Positions 26,371 to 41,557 of a stretch of DNA of 64,000 bases are shown piece by piece. Source of the stretch: Octopus vulgaris (lineage: Eukaryota); contig OX597826.1 of NCBI GenBank assembly GCA_951406725.2, forward strand, positions 19,220,001 to 19,284,000, written 5' to 3'. The stretch's first letter is position 1. Every line of letters starts with the position of its first letter. The position numbers and the translations under genes are program-made. Below the pieces are notes generated by a model. It was given only the letters and a program-made list of their open reading frames with translations, was not told the origin of the DNA and searched no databases.

Positions 26371-26602
26371 ACTTCCACCATCGCTTGGCAACCGATGTTG
26401 CTGTATTTACGTCCCCGTAACGTAGCTGTTTGGAAAAACATACCAATAGAATATGTACTTGGCTTACAAAGAATAAATCCTGGGGTCGATTTTTCGACTA
26501 AAATCGGTGCTCCAGTATGGCCGCAATCACATGACCCAAACAATTAAAACAATAAAAACCTATGCCATTTTAACCCCGAGCAGCGTCGGATATTTCTGCT
26601 AG
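25755..26602 (+). mobile_element. Possible non-autonomous Helitron-like element with a nested SINE A fragment (26375-26555)
   Basis: 3' ccga..tcgg hairpin followed by tatttctgCTAG|t; internal repeat caataacttttgcat..ccgattc.cttcaaatt at ~26002 and ~26167. Confidence 0.4.
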
Positions 26603-28588
26603 TACATACATGTATGTATGATGGAGTCTGCTTGTGTGTGTGCAATGTTCTTACTAAACCCAGATATATATTATTTTAAACAAATGCTGTAAATATCAAT
26701 AGAAACATCAACAGAAACCGTGTATATTGACGATACAAACTTCATATTTATAGAAGTAAGACTTCTAAAAAAATGTCTGGAGAGACAATATTGGCGACAG
26801 CCATGGCATAATTGTACCGACAATCAACGATGAAACGAGAAATATCAAAGAAAATCTGTGTTGCATACAATAAAGTAAGTTTCTTTCATCCATCGAAACT
26901 GGATATATGTCTTGAAATCTTTCTTAGCTGACGACGACCGTGTGATGTTGAGCTAAACTGAGTTGATATAATGCTTTTTTCTTCTACTATCTTTCTCGTT
27001 AATCTAAATTATTTGACAACTAGCACTGCAACTGTCTTTAATTCATTTCCATATAGACATCGGCCTAGAGAGGCTGCTGTCTATATATGGAAGTGAGTTA
27101 TCCTCACAACTCTACCTCGCTCTACAAACACACTGTTTTCTGATCCACTTCTTTGGAGAACTAATTACTGGGACATTACGCAACGATCTCGAGTAACAAT
27201 GATAGATACCCAGAAGGTTTCCTGGAGACATATGATTGCTAGAAATGCACCACAAGCAGATCTGAATAATCAAACTTCGTTTCAAATAATCCATATTAAT
27301 TAAAATATGGAAAACTCTGCTAGCTGAAGTGTCAGTGCGTATAGCGTTGTCACATGGAGAAAGTTAGAGCTGTTACGGATGGTTTAGAGCATGAGAAAGT
27401 GTGGAAGATATATGTAGAATTTGTTACGGAGGTATTGAGAGAGAGAGAGTGAGAGAGAGAGGAAGAAGGCGAGAAAGAGAGAGAGAGAGGGGGTGATGAA
27501 ATATGTGTGCATGGGTATGTGAGTTTCTGTAAATGTTACGAGTGAGCTTTCTAAGTATAATATTAATGCATCGTTGTGTTAGTGTGTGTGAGCGTGTTTG
27601 GGTGTCTGTGTCATGTGTCATGTGTGTGAGTGTGTGTGCATATGTGAATGAAGTGGTAAGGTGATGTGGGAAGAGGGTGAAGCTAGTGAACGGGTGGGTG
27701 TGTAGGATGTGTAGGTAGGTATAGAGAGTGACATTTAAAGGAACTTCAAAAACAGGGCAGGTGAAGTTACTTAAAGGAATAGTTATATGGTGTGATATTT
27801 TGAGCATAGTTTATCACTTCTGGGATCTACCTGGGTATATACAGCTGAAGTAGTCCTTACCTTTAAAGGAATGGTTACCGAGTATGATATTAGATACAAT
27901 AGAGATATATTTTATGGAAGTATGGATTATGTCACACATGTACTCTGCATAACACATGAGTACATGTGTGACACAATAAATCGGAGTTGAGGGAGAGTAC
28001 AATGACATAACCAAGTCTTTCCTCGTGGTTTTCTAACATCCTATTTAACTCACAATGATTCGTTGATGTAGAAAGTAATGGTGCCACGCGACCGGTTCAC
28101 TTCAATAGTTCAAACTTGGTTTAAATTCACAATAACAGTAAAACCCTGCCACCATGGGATAAAAGAATTTGGATTTTGCCAAAGCGTCCATTACAAGCTC
28201 AAGCGACGTTCCTATCACTAATTATAAAAGTGCTCGGGAGCCTGTGTTGCAGTTATCAATTTACCTTATGTCAGCCTAGTTTAACAGGTTATGATCAAAA
28301 GTGTATCAGTTACAACTAAACTTGCCCATCTTATTTTTCAGAGAGGGCATTTATTTGCTTTCATTACAGGAGAGCAGGTTGTGATTTGAGGCATGTCTAG
28401 CGGCTGGTTTGCGATGTCTTCAGTCTTTTTTTTTTTTAACCAGGAGTGGAGTAAGAAGCTTGCTTCCCAGTCACATGGTTTTAGGTTCAGTTCCACTGCG
28501 TGACACCTCGGGCAATTGTTTTCTACTTTAGCCTCAGCCCGACTAAAGTCTTGTAAGCAGATTTAGCTTTCGGAAACAGAAAGAAACC

Positions 28589-28656
<68 letters not shown>

Positions 28657-28754
28657 AAAAAATTAATGAGCGCGAGCGTTACATAAATATTTTCAGGATT
28701 AAGTGAAAAAATAACAAACGGTAAATATCACATACCTGTATATATATATGTATA

Positions 28755-28835
<81 letters not shown>

Positions 28836-28865
28836 GTATATATATATATGTTTATATATATTATA

Positions 28866-29195
28866 TTATAAAATGAGATAGGGGTTGAAAATTCAACCCA
28901 CCATGGGATAATATATATCCAATATACTGCTAGATAGGTACCCAACAAAATTAATACATAGATGTTAAAAATTGTCAAACAATCAGTTCATCTATTGTAT
29001 TATATGGGTAAAGGTAATAATATTACCGTAAATTAATACTACAAAATTAGAGAATGGAGAAACATACTTAAATCAGTAAAACATCAATATCCGATGATAC
29101 TCAATCCATACTTTAATAACACCATTACATATGAGTAAAGGCACGATCTTGAAAGGATGGACTTGGTGCTAACTTAACTGTATCTATTTTTATTA

Positions 29196-29240
<45 letters not shown>

Positions 29241-29365
29241 TATTATTATTATTATTATTATTAATATTAATAATAATTTTTATTAACTTTTATAGCTTTA
29301 GAATTTTATGAACTGTACCATGGTTTTAATTATTATTTTTCATCTCCATATGTGTTAGCTTTTTT

Positions 29366-29401
<36 letters not shown>

Positions 29402-29934
29402 GACAAATATTTTATAATATCGGTAATTATTAATATTAAAATATAAAAAGTTATATATTTTGTTTTATTTTGTTGTGTTTACCTTCCTTTTTTGTACAAA
29501 TGTGTATTATATTATATAAGTGTAGCATTATGATGTATAAGTTTTTATATTTTACATTTTTATATTTTTATATTTATATGTATATGATTATATAATATTT
29601 TTCACTATTATAACAAATTTAATTTAATTCTCTGAAGAGGCCGTGGGGCATCCTTGTTAATGCCTCATTTATACCTGCCTTTATGGCTTATAGGTTAAAT
29701 GAGGTATGACTGCCCTCACTGCCGAAACAGCTGTCAGTTTTGATTTATTTGCATATTATATTTGAAATTTTTTACTTATATCTCTTTATCTTTTTACTAT
29801 TACTGTATATCTCATTTCATTTTATATATTGCCTTTACTCATATGTAATGGTGTATTAAAGTATGGATTGAGTATCATCGGATAGTTGATGTTTTACTGA
29901 TTTAAGTATGTTTCTCCATTCTATAATTTTGTAT

Positions 29935-29940
<6 letters not shown>
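28866..29940 (+). mobile_element. Penelope-like UTR element with an inverted terminal segment, bounded by (TA)n
   Basis: ~29039-29143 is the reverse complement of ~29831-29934; hammerhead at 29628. Confidence 0.65.
29628..29739 (+). ncRNA. Type-I hammerhead motif with long stem II
   Basis: ct-CTGAAGA-GGCcgtggggca...tgccctcactGCC-GAAAC AGCT GT C-ag; stem I is weak. Confidence 0.7.
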
Positions 29941-29990
<50 letters not shown>

Positions 29991-29991
<1 letters not shown>

Positions 29992-30326
29992 GTATCAAAT
30001 GAAATGAAAAACAGAACACAAAGGATGTCCGTAACGTGTTTCGAGCTTATAAAACAACTTATTCTTACATCAATGTATAATCGACATAACAGATAGTTTA
30101 AAGCCTCTTCAGCCGCATGCAATTACTACACCAAAGACTTGTATCACATTATGAAGAGTCCGAAAAAGAACATTTGGTATTATTCATAATGGTAGGTATA
30201 TTGAGTTTCACTCAATATGTTTGTAAATCTTCATAATCAAATAGGTGTACAGGACTCAAAAATCCGTCCATATTGTATCATCACTCAGTATAGAGTATAT
30301 ATATTAGTTGGGTTCATTCATATATA

Positions 30327-30400
<74 letters not shown>

Positions 30401-30760
30401 TATATGTATCAAATGAAATGAAAAACAGAACACAAAGGATGTCGCGGTACACGTGTTTCGAGCTTTATAAAACAACTTATTCTTACATCAATGTATAATC
30501 GACATAACAGATAGTTTAAAGCCCTCTTCAGCCGCATGCAATTACTACACCAAAGACTTGTATCACATTATGAAGAGTCCGAAAAAGAACATTTGGTATT
30601 ATTCATAATGGTAGGTATATTGAGTTTCACTCAATATGTTTGTAAATCTTCATAATCAAATAGGTGTACAGGACTCCAAAAATCCGTCCATATTGTATCA
30701 TCACTCAGTATAGAGTGAATGCTGAGTAGATTCCAGTTGGGTTCATTCATATATATGCAT
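29991..30760 (-). mobile_element. Tandem dimer (period ~414 nt) of a hammerhead-bearing element, units separated by (TA)n
   Basis: 29991-30330 is nearly identical to 30405-30760. Confidence 0.8.
30444..30535 (-). ncRNA. Intact-looking type-I hammerhead ribozyme
   Basis: GCGG-CTGAAGA-GGGCTTT...AAAGCTC-GAAAC ACGT GT A-CCGC; predicted cut between 30448 and 30447; damaged twin at ~30028-30116. Confidence 0.85.
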
Positions 30761-30770
30761 ATATATATGC

Positions 30771-30852
<82 letters not shown>

Positions 30853-31201
30853 ATATATATATAGGGAAAGTAAGAAGAAAAAACGAAAATGCAGATTGAA
30901 TGTCCCAAAAATAAAGGCTTTTGTTAATGAAAAGTTGCGATAAATAAATACAATTAGGTGAACTGAAGTACAATTAGAAGTGAATAGCAATGACGACACC
31001 AGTTTGACTTTGAATCTCTTTAACAATTCAGAATAATGAATTTAATTACCCTTAATTCTAGCTAAGTTCATCTACTTTTCATTAAAAAAGGCTTTTATTT
31101 TTTTTAAAATTCAATGTGTGTGCGTTTTCGCTTTTTTTCCTTCTTACTTCTCCCATATCTTTTCCACGTGTAGTTTCTATTTTCTTTTTGAAACGTATTT
31201 C

Positions 31202-31255
<54 letters not shown>

Positions 31256-31268
31256 GTATGCATGTATA

Positions 31269-31340
<72 letters not shown>

Positions 31341-31865
31341 TGTATGTATGTGTGTGTGTGTGTGTGTGTGTAATAAACGAGCATATACTAAATACACAGA
31401 CGAACGGAAAACACAGAGAGCCACCAACTCCTCTTCAGTTACCGGTCAGAGGGTCGAACGCAATTTCGGTCATTATCGATAATAGTGCTTCCACTTTGAA
31501 GGCACCGGCAAGAAACTTGCCGGGAATGGGACCAAAACATAAGAAAACGAGACGGGCTCGAGACGAGACCGTTAGTAGACGGACGAGGGACAAAACAAGC
31601 AGAATAAAAGCTTATGGCTACATATATATCCTTACTATTATGTTAAACTGTCATATGTTCAACTTTGGTCGAATGCATTTCTTTGCAATATTTATTTTTG
31701 CTTGTCGGTTCTTTTGGTCAAACTATTGCACGTCCAGCTGCTTCAGATGCCAAGATATCACAAAATGTCAAAGTGGTTTTGCTTTGGAATGGCGAAACTA
31801 TTTTTTCGTTTTCTGAAAAAGCAACGTTTTAGACTTACGACACTTTTGGATAATAGCAACGAACG

Positions 31866-31938
<73 letters not shown>

Positions 31939-32500
31939 TGTGTGTGTATTTACTTCGTGGTTCAGCAAAAAGATACCGATAGAATAAGTACCAGGCTCTA
32001 ACAAAAAATAAAAATTACTGGGGTAGATTCGATCAACTGAACTTTCCCAAGGCAGGCCTTAGCATAGCAGTAGTCTAAAGATAAAAAGATATAGTTCAGC
32101 GCAGTCACATTTTAGCCAAATCATCGTCGTTACTCTTCGCCAGAAATTAAGAAAATGACAATATTGACCTTTATTTGAAGATTACCTGAGTGGTGGGTGG
32201 GGAACGGCTTTCTTCCGCTCTGATTATTTCACCCTTTCTTTTATACTAACTCTTGTTTCTTTTATTCTCCTCGTCTTATTTTCTCTCTCTACTCTCTCTG
32301 GCTCTCATTTATCTATTTCTGTCTTCTAATCACTCCCTACTTTCTTTTCCTACTTTTCCCCTCACTTCTTCTTCACTTTTTCCCATCTACTTTCATTGCA
32401 CTCTCCGTCTATCTTCCCCGTCCCCCATCCTCTTTATATATTTCAGTACCCACCCCGTCCCCACACTCTTTCTTCCTCTGCCTGTCATCTGACATCTAAC

Positions 32501-32540
<40 letters not shown>

Positions 32541-33984
32541 TTATCACTGCAAAGACGGCCTTCATCAGGTAACCGAATGCTACACGATATCTACCCGTTC
32601 TCTATTCGTGGCACGTCATTTGTACACATATATAACTTTCATGTCACTTATCTGTCGGGTGTAAGATAACTAAAGCAGTGTACAACCCACCACACCACTC
32701 CAGCTCCGAGACACAGAGACAGACATTGTAAGTATGTCCTGTTGTGGAACCTATCTTCTCGATTTCCGTTGGATCTGATTACCGGCAAGGAGGGACAGGA
32801 CAAGAACGAATACAAGAATGTTAATACGAATCAAAACAACAAAAATAATAGCTGCAACAATAATATCGAGTATAGCAGCAACAACAATACCATGGGTTTG
32901 TTCGATCGCAGCTGACCTCTGGCTATATACCAACGAGAAATAATGAAAAGCTCTGTCCTGTAAACAGCGTGTAGAATTCGCTGTGTAAATGTGTGTTTAC
33001 GTGTGTACGTATGAACTTTGTGTAGACGGATGTGAGGTATATAAAGGCATATGTAGGCATATAGGTGTACGTGTATAGGTGCCTGTGTGTACATACTTAA
33101 GTGCTAGTCATACTGGTCTCATTTGATAAGCGTCAAAAGTCGTATATTTTGGGAACAGGGACATCCATTACTTTCCTAAGTGTAAATAAAATGAAATGGA
33201 TTCGAGGGACATTGGGACCCACGTTAGGGATTGGAGTCGCCCAGTCATTGTCTCTTATATATGAGCTTAGTGTTGACTTGAAAAATGCCGTTAATGTTCT
33301 TAAATGTCACACAACCCGGTTTTACCAAATCCTAAAATAAAAAAAATGGTTAATGGTTCAGTCTGAAGAGGTAGGGTGTTACCCATAATGCCCTTCTTGG
33401 TTCCTGAAACTAATGGTTAGAAGGAAGAAAGTTATAGGCAGGCCAGACACCTTGCGTAAATGTTTGCCACATAATGTACTCTGTTAGAGGTACTCACGAG
33501 CGAGAAGATAGTATTAAACCGAGCTTCAGTTTAAAACTAGCCTACCAAAAAGTTCCTTCGACGGTCGGCTCGAATAGGCTCAAACACGAAACCACATGGG
33601 TGCCAAGTAAACTTCTTAACCACACAGCTATATCTGCACACTTTGATTTTTTCGAGTCAAGCTTCAAATCATTAAGATATGGAATATATACTTCATACTG
33701 TTATTGTCGAACCACTGTATCCGATGGTGTCATTTTTTAATCCCTTGATTGACCATGTCATCTTCATTACCATAACATGTATGTATTACTCACTAATGAA
33801 TTTATTTTGTCTTCTGTTTAAGTCAAGACCATATTAGTAGCACTACAGGCTCTTGGGAAATTCCATGCACTGGGTCGTATAGCATTTATTTATAGACAGC
33901 AAGCCATGGTATATACAGATTAGAATTAAGCCTAGTCTCGTAAGTCCCTTGTTTTAATCATTGGTTTTAGACTCGTGAGCACAA

Positions 33985-34360
33985 CTGGTTTTAATCATTG
34001 GACTGCGGCCATACTGAGGCTTCGCCTTGAAGGAGTTAACTGAACAAATTGACCACAGTACTTTTTTTAAGGTCTAGTACTTATTCTACCGCTCTCTTTT
34101 GCCTTACCGCTAATTTATGGAGACGTAAACACCCTAACACCGATTATGATGTGTTATGGGGGAGAAACAGAACTAAGACACAAAGACACACACACATATA
34201 CGACAGATTTCTTCACAGTTACCGTCAACCAAATTCCCTCTCAATGCCTTGGTTGGCCCGAGGCTATAGTAGAAGACCCTTGCCCAAGGTGCCGCGCAGT
34301 GGGACTGAACAGGAAATGACGTAGTCGCAAAGCAAGGTTCTTAGCTACGCAGCCATACGT
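33985..34360 (-). mobile_element. SINE family A, diverged copy
   Basis: ggcccgaggctatagtagaagac..gcccaaggtgccgcgcagtgggactgaac. Confidence 0.8.
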
Positions 34361-34439
34361 CTTTTATATTTTACAGCATTTCCATCATGTAAACGACTTT
34401 TCCGCTTGATCTACAATTGATGAATAGGTACCCGTTCCA

Positions 34440-34720
34440 TTAAAAACTACAATACTAAATTTTTTAACACAAGAAATCGCCTTCCTCAGCAAGTTACTGT
34501 ACTGCTTGTAACAATTGTCTGCTTAATGGTGACTGTCCGGGAAAGTCATTAATATACTGAGCCAGACTATATCTAAACAGCAATTTTAGGTCAAAATCCT
34601 ACAATATTTTAACTGAATATGACTTCAAAGCACGTTTCTACCAACATAAACATTCTTTTATTTACCTCAACAGGAAAGTTTTGGCAGCTCTTTACAAGTA
34701 TATTTTGTTCTTGAGAGTGT
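34440..34720 (+). mobile_element. Penelope GIY-YIG endonuclease relic
   Basis: NCLLNGDCPGKSLIY*A..SY..LTEYDFKARFYQHKHSF..LYKYI..LR. Confidence 0.65.
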
Positions 34721-35832
34721 TAAGTTTACAAACGCTAAAAGTCTGGATATGAGAGTTATGTAAGAGAGAGAAAAAAGACAGAGTCTGAAGAAAACAATTC
34801 TTTTATAGTTTGTGATTATCCTGCAGTAGGAATAGATTGCATTCAGATATATGTCTGTGTTATTCCCAAAATATTTGGAGCAGATATTTGACTGCGTTCT
34901 TTATAATCACACACACAATTGCCAGCATACATAACTTTTTGTATCTCCAAACACACACTCACACACACGCACACACACACACACATACATATGCATGTGC
35001 ATGCTCATGCACAAATATGCATGTTTTAATTGCTTTAAGCTTCTTTCCTTTACAGAATTCAAGCCGGAGTTTGTGGTTACCTGAATTGGTTGAGATATGC
35101 ATATATACGTGCATTGCATGTGCATGTGGATAAAATTGCGCTCGTGGGTATGCCTGCTACAACAGAACAGAAGTGTGAATGTCCCCTGATTGTTTACATG
35201 AATTTATATGGAATGTGCATGTACTCCATGTGTATATAGGGTTGTGTGCATATGTTCACTCAGGAGCTCCAAATGTAGAATCCTGGCAAATGTTTTACGA
35301 ATTTTCGCCGTTCCTTTGATCGACTGTATTTGGAGAAAGTAAATCGGTCTGCTCTGAAATTTTTTTTGAGAACCCAACCAATTGTAGGTTTCTATGCAGA
35401 TTAACCAAATGCACATATGACAATAGGGACAAATAAAAACCCATAAACAGGATATAAAAGCTGCTGGTTTCCTATCAGTTCTCCATAGACGTTTTCCTTT
35501 TCCAATTTTTGAACAGACATTCACATTTACTTACGTCTGCATGCATAACACATACAAACATACACACACATCCATCGCGCACGCATACACATACACACAC
35601 ATACGTGTTCCCATTTCAGTCTTCTGTAGTTTCTTCATTTTATCTCGTCCATAGTGAAGAAAACCGCGGACTGAAAGTGTCGCTTCAGTTATATTTATTT
35701 CTACATTTTATAAAATACTTCCGAGATTGAGTAAAATGATCAAAGACAAAAGATCAGAGACAAAAATCAGAACCAATTATAATCGAAGGGTCTTCGATAA
35801 GTGAAGTGATAAGAAAACTGCTGGAGAATCTG

Positions 35833-35962
35833 TGTATAAGAAGATCTATATGTATCTTCTCAGGCGATACTCAGTTGCTGTCTCCGTAAGTAAATTTAGG
35901 TTTACTTGTGGAGACAGCAACTGAGTATCGCACGAGGAGATACATATAGATCTTCTTATACA
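35833..35962. repeat. 130-nt near-perfect palindrome (hairpin)
   Basis: tgtataagaagatctatatgtatct...agatacatatagatcttcttataca; 7 mismatches in ~65 bp. Confidence 0.9.
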
Positions 35963-36089
35963 GGTAAATCATTACATAATTTAATTTAAACTCAACTTTA
36001 AATCCCATATATACGAGGGTCTGTATGTATCGAAACATCAAAAAGATGCCTAACCGTGCTTACTCTTTCTCTTGACTGTTTTACTTTTT

Positions 36090-36124
<35 letters not shown>

Positions 36125-36128
<4 letters not shown>

Positions 36129-36234
36129 GAAAAATACAAACTGGGACAAGAACGTAAAACATTTAGAAGACGATACAAAAAACTTCAATCTTCGGTCAAG
36201 AACCGGATCATCCTAGCAATTTCGGCTGATTAAT

Positions 36235-36311
<77 letters not shown>

Positions 36312-36417
36312 GAAAAATACAAACTGGGACAAGAACGTAAAACATTTAGAAGACGATACAAAAAACTTCAATCTTCGGTCAAGAACCGGATCATCCTAGC
36401 AATTTCGGCTGATTAAT

Positions 36418-36420
<3 letters not shown>
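36125..36420 (-). repeat. Two identical 113-nt units separated and flanked by (TA)n
   Basis: 36125-36237 equals 36308-36420; related to 3220-3470. Confidence 0.9.
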
Positions 36421-36494
<74 letters not shown>

Positions 36495-37289
36495 GATATA
36501 TATATATCAGTGGCGACTCCGCCACTCAGGCTGTTAGGGCTTAGCCTCGAGTATAAATTTTGTAAAGTGAATGTGTATTCGCAAGCTGATTTAATTCCTG
36601 CCAACACTGACTTCACGTGTGTAATTGCAGCCAATAACTTGGGCTCCTTTTATTGAGAATGGTCGCAGTTCATTTATTTTCGTTCAGAGTCTGGCGGTCG
36701 TCTTAGTGATGCCCTGTGTCAAAATACATCATTCGTAGCGGACGTTTTCTCGACACCGTTCACAATATGCGCCTGACTCGAACTCAAAAGTTACAGCCCG
36801 AGATGTTATCTATAATCGTAAAAATTAAAAGTAATTCAAATTTAATTTTTTCTTGAAACAATAAATTTCTATAAAGATTAGGATTTAAAATCCAATCTGT
36901 GAAAAGTTTCCATTCTACCACATTCTTAAAGGGACGAAAAATTATCCAGCAACTTGGACTAATACGAACGAGGCTGGTAAGTGTAAAAGACTAACTGGCC
37001 TCTCTTGTCAAGATTACAGGCAACAGTCAGATCGCTGATGATTGTTGTGCACTCCGCTGTCGTTATTTGGTTGCCCTTATTCTGTGCGTCTTGTGTAAAG
37101 ATCAGTTGTGTTTTGTAGGGTTTATCTTTAACTTAGAAATGGAGAAAGACATAGTGTGCTAGATATCAAAAATATAAGCCATTTGGGGCGAGAAATAAAG
37201 CGGAAAACGTGAAATCCTTTGAGCAGACATGTGTCTTATGCGAAATCTGTGATGAGCCTGAGTGATGCTGATGATCGGAATCGCCTCTG

Positions 37290-38198
<909 letters not shown>

Positions 38199-38201
38199 AA
38201 A

Positions 38202-38251
<50 letters not shown>

Positions 38252-38416
38252 CACACGCACACGTGTGGACATACACACACACACACACACGCACGCGCAC
38301 GTACACACTCAAACACATGCACACACATATGTATGCATTCCTCAATGTACGCAAGTTCGATTTGCACGAAAACACATTGAAATAATCCTCTCTGTAAACC
38401 GTGCGTCTATCTAACA

Positions 38417-38448
<32 letters not shown>

Positions 38449-38464
38449 CTCTCTCCCTATACAT

Positions 38465-38505
<41 letters not shown>

Positions 38506-39575
38506 CACGCACACACACACAAATCCGTAATATAAGATATAGATTCAGAGAACCGCATGGCTATCACAGTAAGCTCCTCTTGTGGACTCGCTATCAGTCC
38601 ACGTTGTAATCAATTACAAAGTATTTGTAATGTCAAGTATAAATCAAGCTGAAAATCCAGAAAATCCGACCGGTAAAATTATTCTGTAAGGTGAATACAT
38701 ATTTATCTAACCACGTGACTTGCATAGGGTTACACCTGTTTCAGTATACAAGAAATTATGCAAACATGTTTGCAGTAATATGTTCCCCGGAATATGATTA
38801 CATCAAGAGTTGAATTCTAAATATTCACACAAACTGCAGCTACGAATTCTGTAGAATCTTCAATTACCTGTGTAATTGATTACTTAAAAATGCTTCTATA
38901 TTATTTGCTAATATTTATATAATTTATAAGTTTTTTAACCTTATCTGCTATTTTTATTGCTGTTTTTTTGTTCTTCTTGTTATCTTGCTTAAATTAAGAA
39001 CGGTCAGTTCCTCATTTCTACCTAGCGTGATTGATACGAGGGCATTCATATGTGAAGAAAGTATTTTTTATAATAATATCAACACAATATATCTTGACCG
39101 GGTTGCTTACCTTTTATTGACCAAATGAATGTAATTTTGTCCAGTTCAGGCTTTCCATATGTTGTATATATAAAGAGCGTATGAAACCAAGATGTTCTGG
39201 TATTCTGATGAGCTAGCTTTCTTTATTTACATCAGTTTGTGAATATACAGTTATATTGTATAATGCTGAATATATATATATATATGAAATATGAATTAGA
39301 GATAAAACCACTATTATGTAACTCAAACAGTGATAGACATAAACCAATACATAAATAACAAATAATATATATATAATATATTATAATATATTATATATAT
39401 AAATATATAAAAAGATTTTTTTAAATGTATAAAAAATTATAAATATAATATAAGTAAAAACACTGCGTACGTTTCATGGCTATAATTAAATTCGAATTGC
39501 AATTAAGTTTAAATTCAATTCGAACTAAAATTATAGTCATTGACTATAATTTTAGTTCGAATTTATTTCAGTTGA

Positions 39576-39665
<90 letters not shown>

Positions 39666-40361
39666 CCGACATCACCTCGTATTAAGGACAATTGTCGATG
39701 TTTTATTTAAACATTGATCGTTCAACACGAATGGAAATAAAGTTTTTTTAACTGTTCTTTTTTCCCTCTCTCTATGTCTCTCTACATATATACTCATAAC
39801 TTACCGCTACCTTTCCAACGGCAAGTCAGAAGCGTGTTGAATTGTGAACGAAGAAACTTGACTTTTTCCTCCTTATTTTGAAATGTTGTCTACCTTGAAT
39901 TACCAATTGATGTGGATGAATTAAAGTAAATACATTTAAAAGTAAAGCATATTTTTTTCAATAAAAATATGGAATACGCAGCTGAAGAATGTAATGTGTA
40001 CTAAATCTAAATTTAAATAATTTTTAAAAATTGATTTATTTAGTTTGCACCTTAAACATGAAAGCAGTCCTGCATTAACCGGGCTAACTTTAAAATAGAC
40101 TTAATTCATTTCGCCTATCTTACATCATTTCGTATCAAGGAGAATTGTCGATGTTTTATTTAAACATTGATCATTCAGCTCGCATGACTGCTCTTCTCCC
40201 CCACCTCTCTCTCTCTCTATTCATATGAAGTCATATAAAGAAATGTAAAAGAATAAAAGAATCGATTTACAGGCGAACAAATGGACATTCAATAACTATA
40301 CTAAAAATGAAATAATAAAATACTAAACTCGCGAAGTAAAAGTGTTAAAATTTATGTATCA

Positions 40362-40393
<32 letters not shown>

Positions 40394-40793
40394 CGTGCGG
40401 TGATTGCTTCATTTTCAAATACGACTGCCGTCTCGCTAAGCGTCGTCGTTGTTAATGGAATTTCTGACATTCCGTATATGACCTTTCAGATGACTGTTCA
40501 GTCCCGCTGCAGATTTGCATAGTTTGAAGCATACGCGACAGACGAGAGTTCTAACTTCTACAGGACTGTGAGATATGATCCCTGTGAATTGCCATATGGC
40601 CATTCAGACCCGAAATCGACATGCAGGTATTTTCACACTCATATGCACCAGACACACAGAAACATCCACTCCGTTTCACACACATTAATTTTATTGAAAT
40701 GCTTACATACATATTTGACGATGACAGAATATTCGTTCTCCTTAAAAAAATGGCACAGTATTGCGGTAATCCTGTTCAGTTGCAAGAACGAAC

Positions 40794-40842
<49 letters not shown>

Positions 40843-41020
40843 GGGGGATAATAATAAATGACTCGGAGAGTTGTTCGAAAGTCATTGCAAAGAGATGGAT
40901 GGTGTGAGGGAAAGATAAAGGGAAGAGTATTGAGATGTACATTAATCTCAACTTTAGCATTATAAAAGGGGGCTTGAATCACTCTGTTCACACAAGTAAA
41001 GTCACGCACACACTAACAAT

Positions 41021-41525
<505 letters not shown>

Positions 41526-41557
41526 ACACATATATTTATTTATATTTTTATTTTGTC

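Noticed and set aside
27180-27300. Minus-strand IICLQET, APE endonuclease-like
   Set aside because: Single short motif with flanks too decayed to call
28075-28200. piggyBac-like M.RDRF..I motif
   Set aside because: Too short and degenerate; no TIR or TTAA support
31380-31630. Minus-strand cgaaattgc..ctgaagagg as a hammerhead
   Set aside because: Core halves are in the wrong order for type I and I could not build stems; probably a related repeat end
36095-36500. Repeat-spacer pattern as a CRISPR array
   Set aside because: Eukaryotic context, identical units with (TA)n spacers, no cas genes
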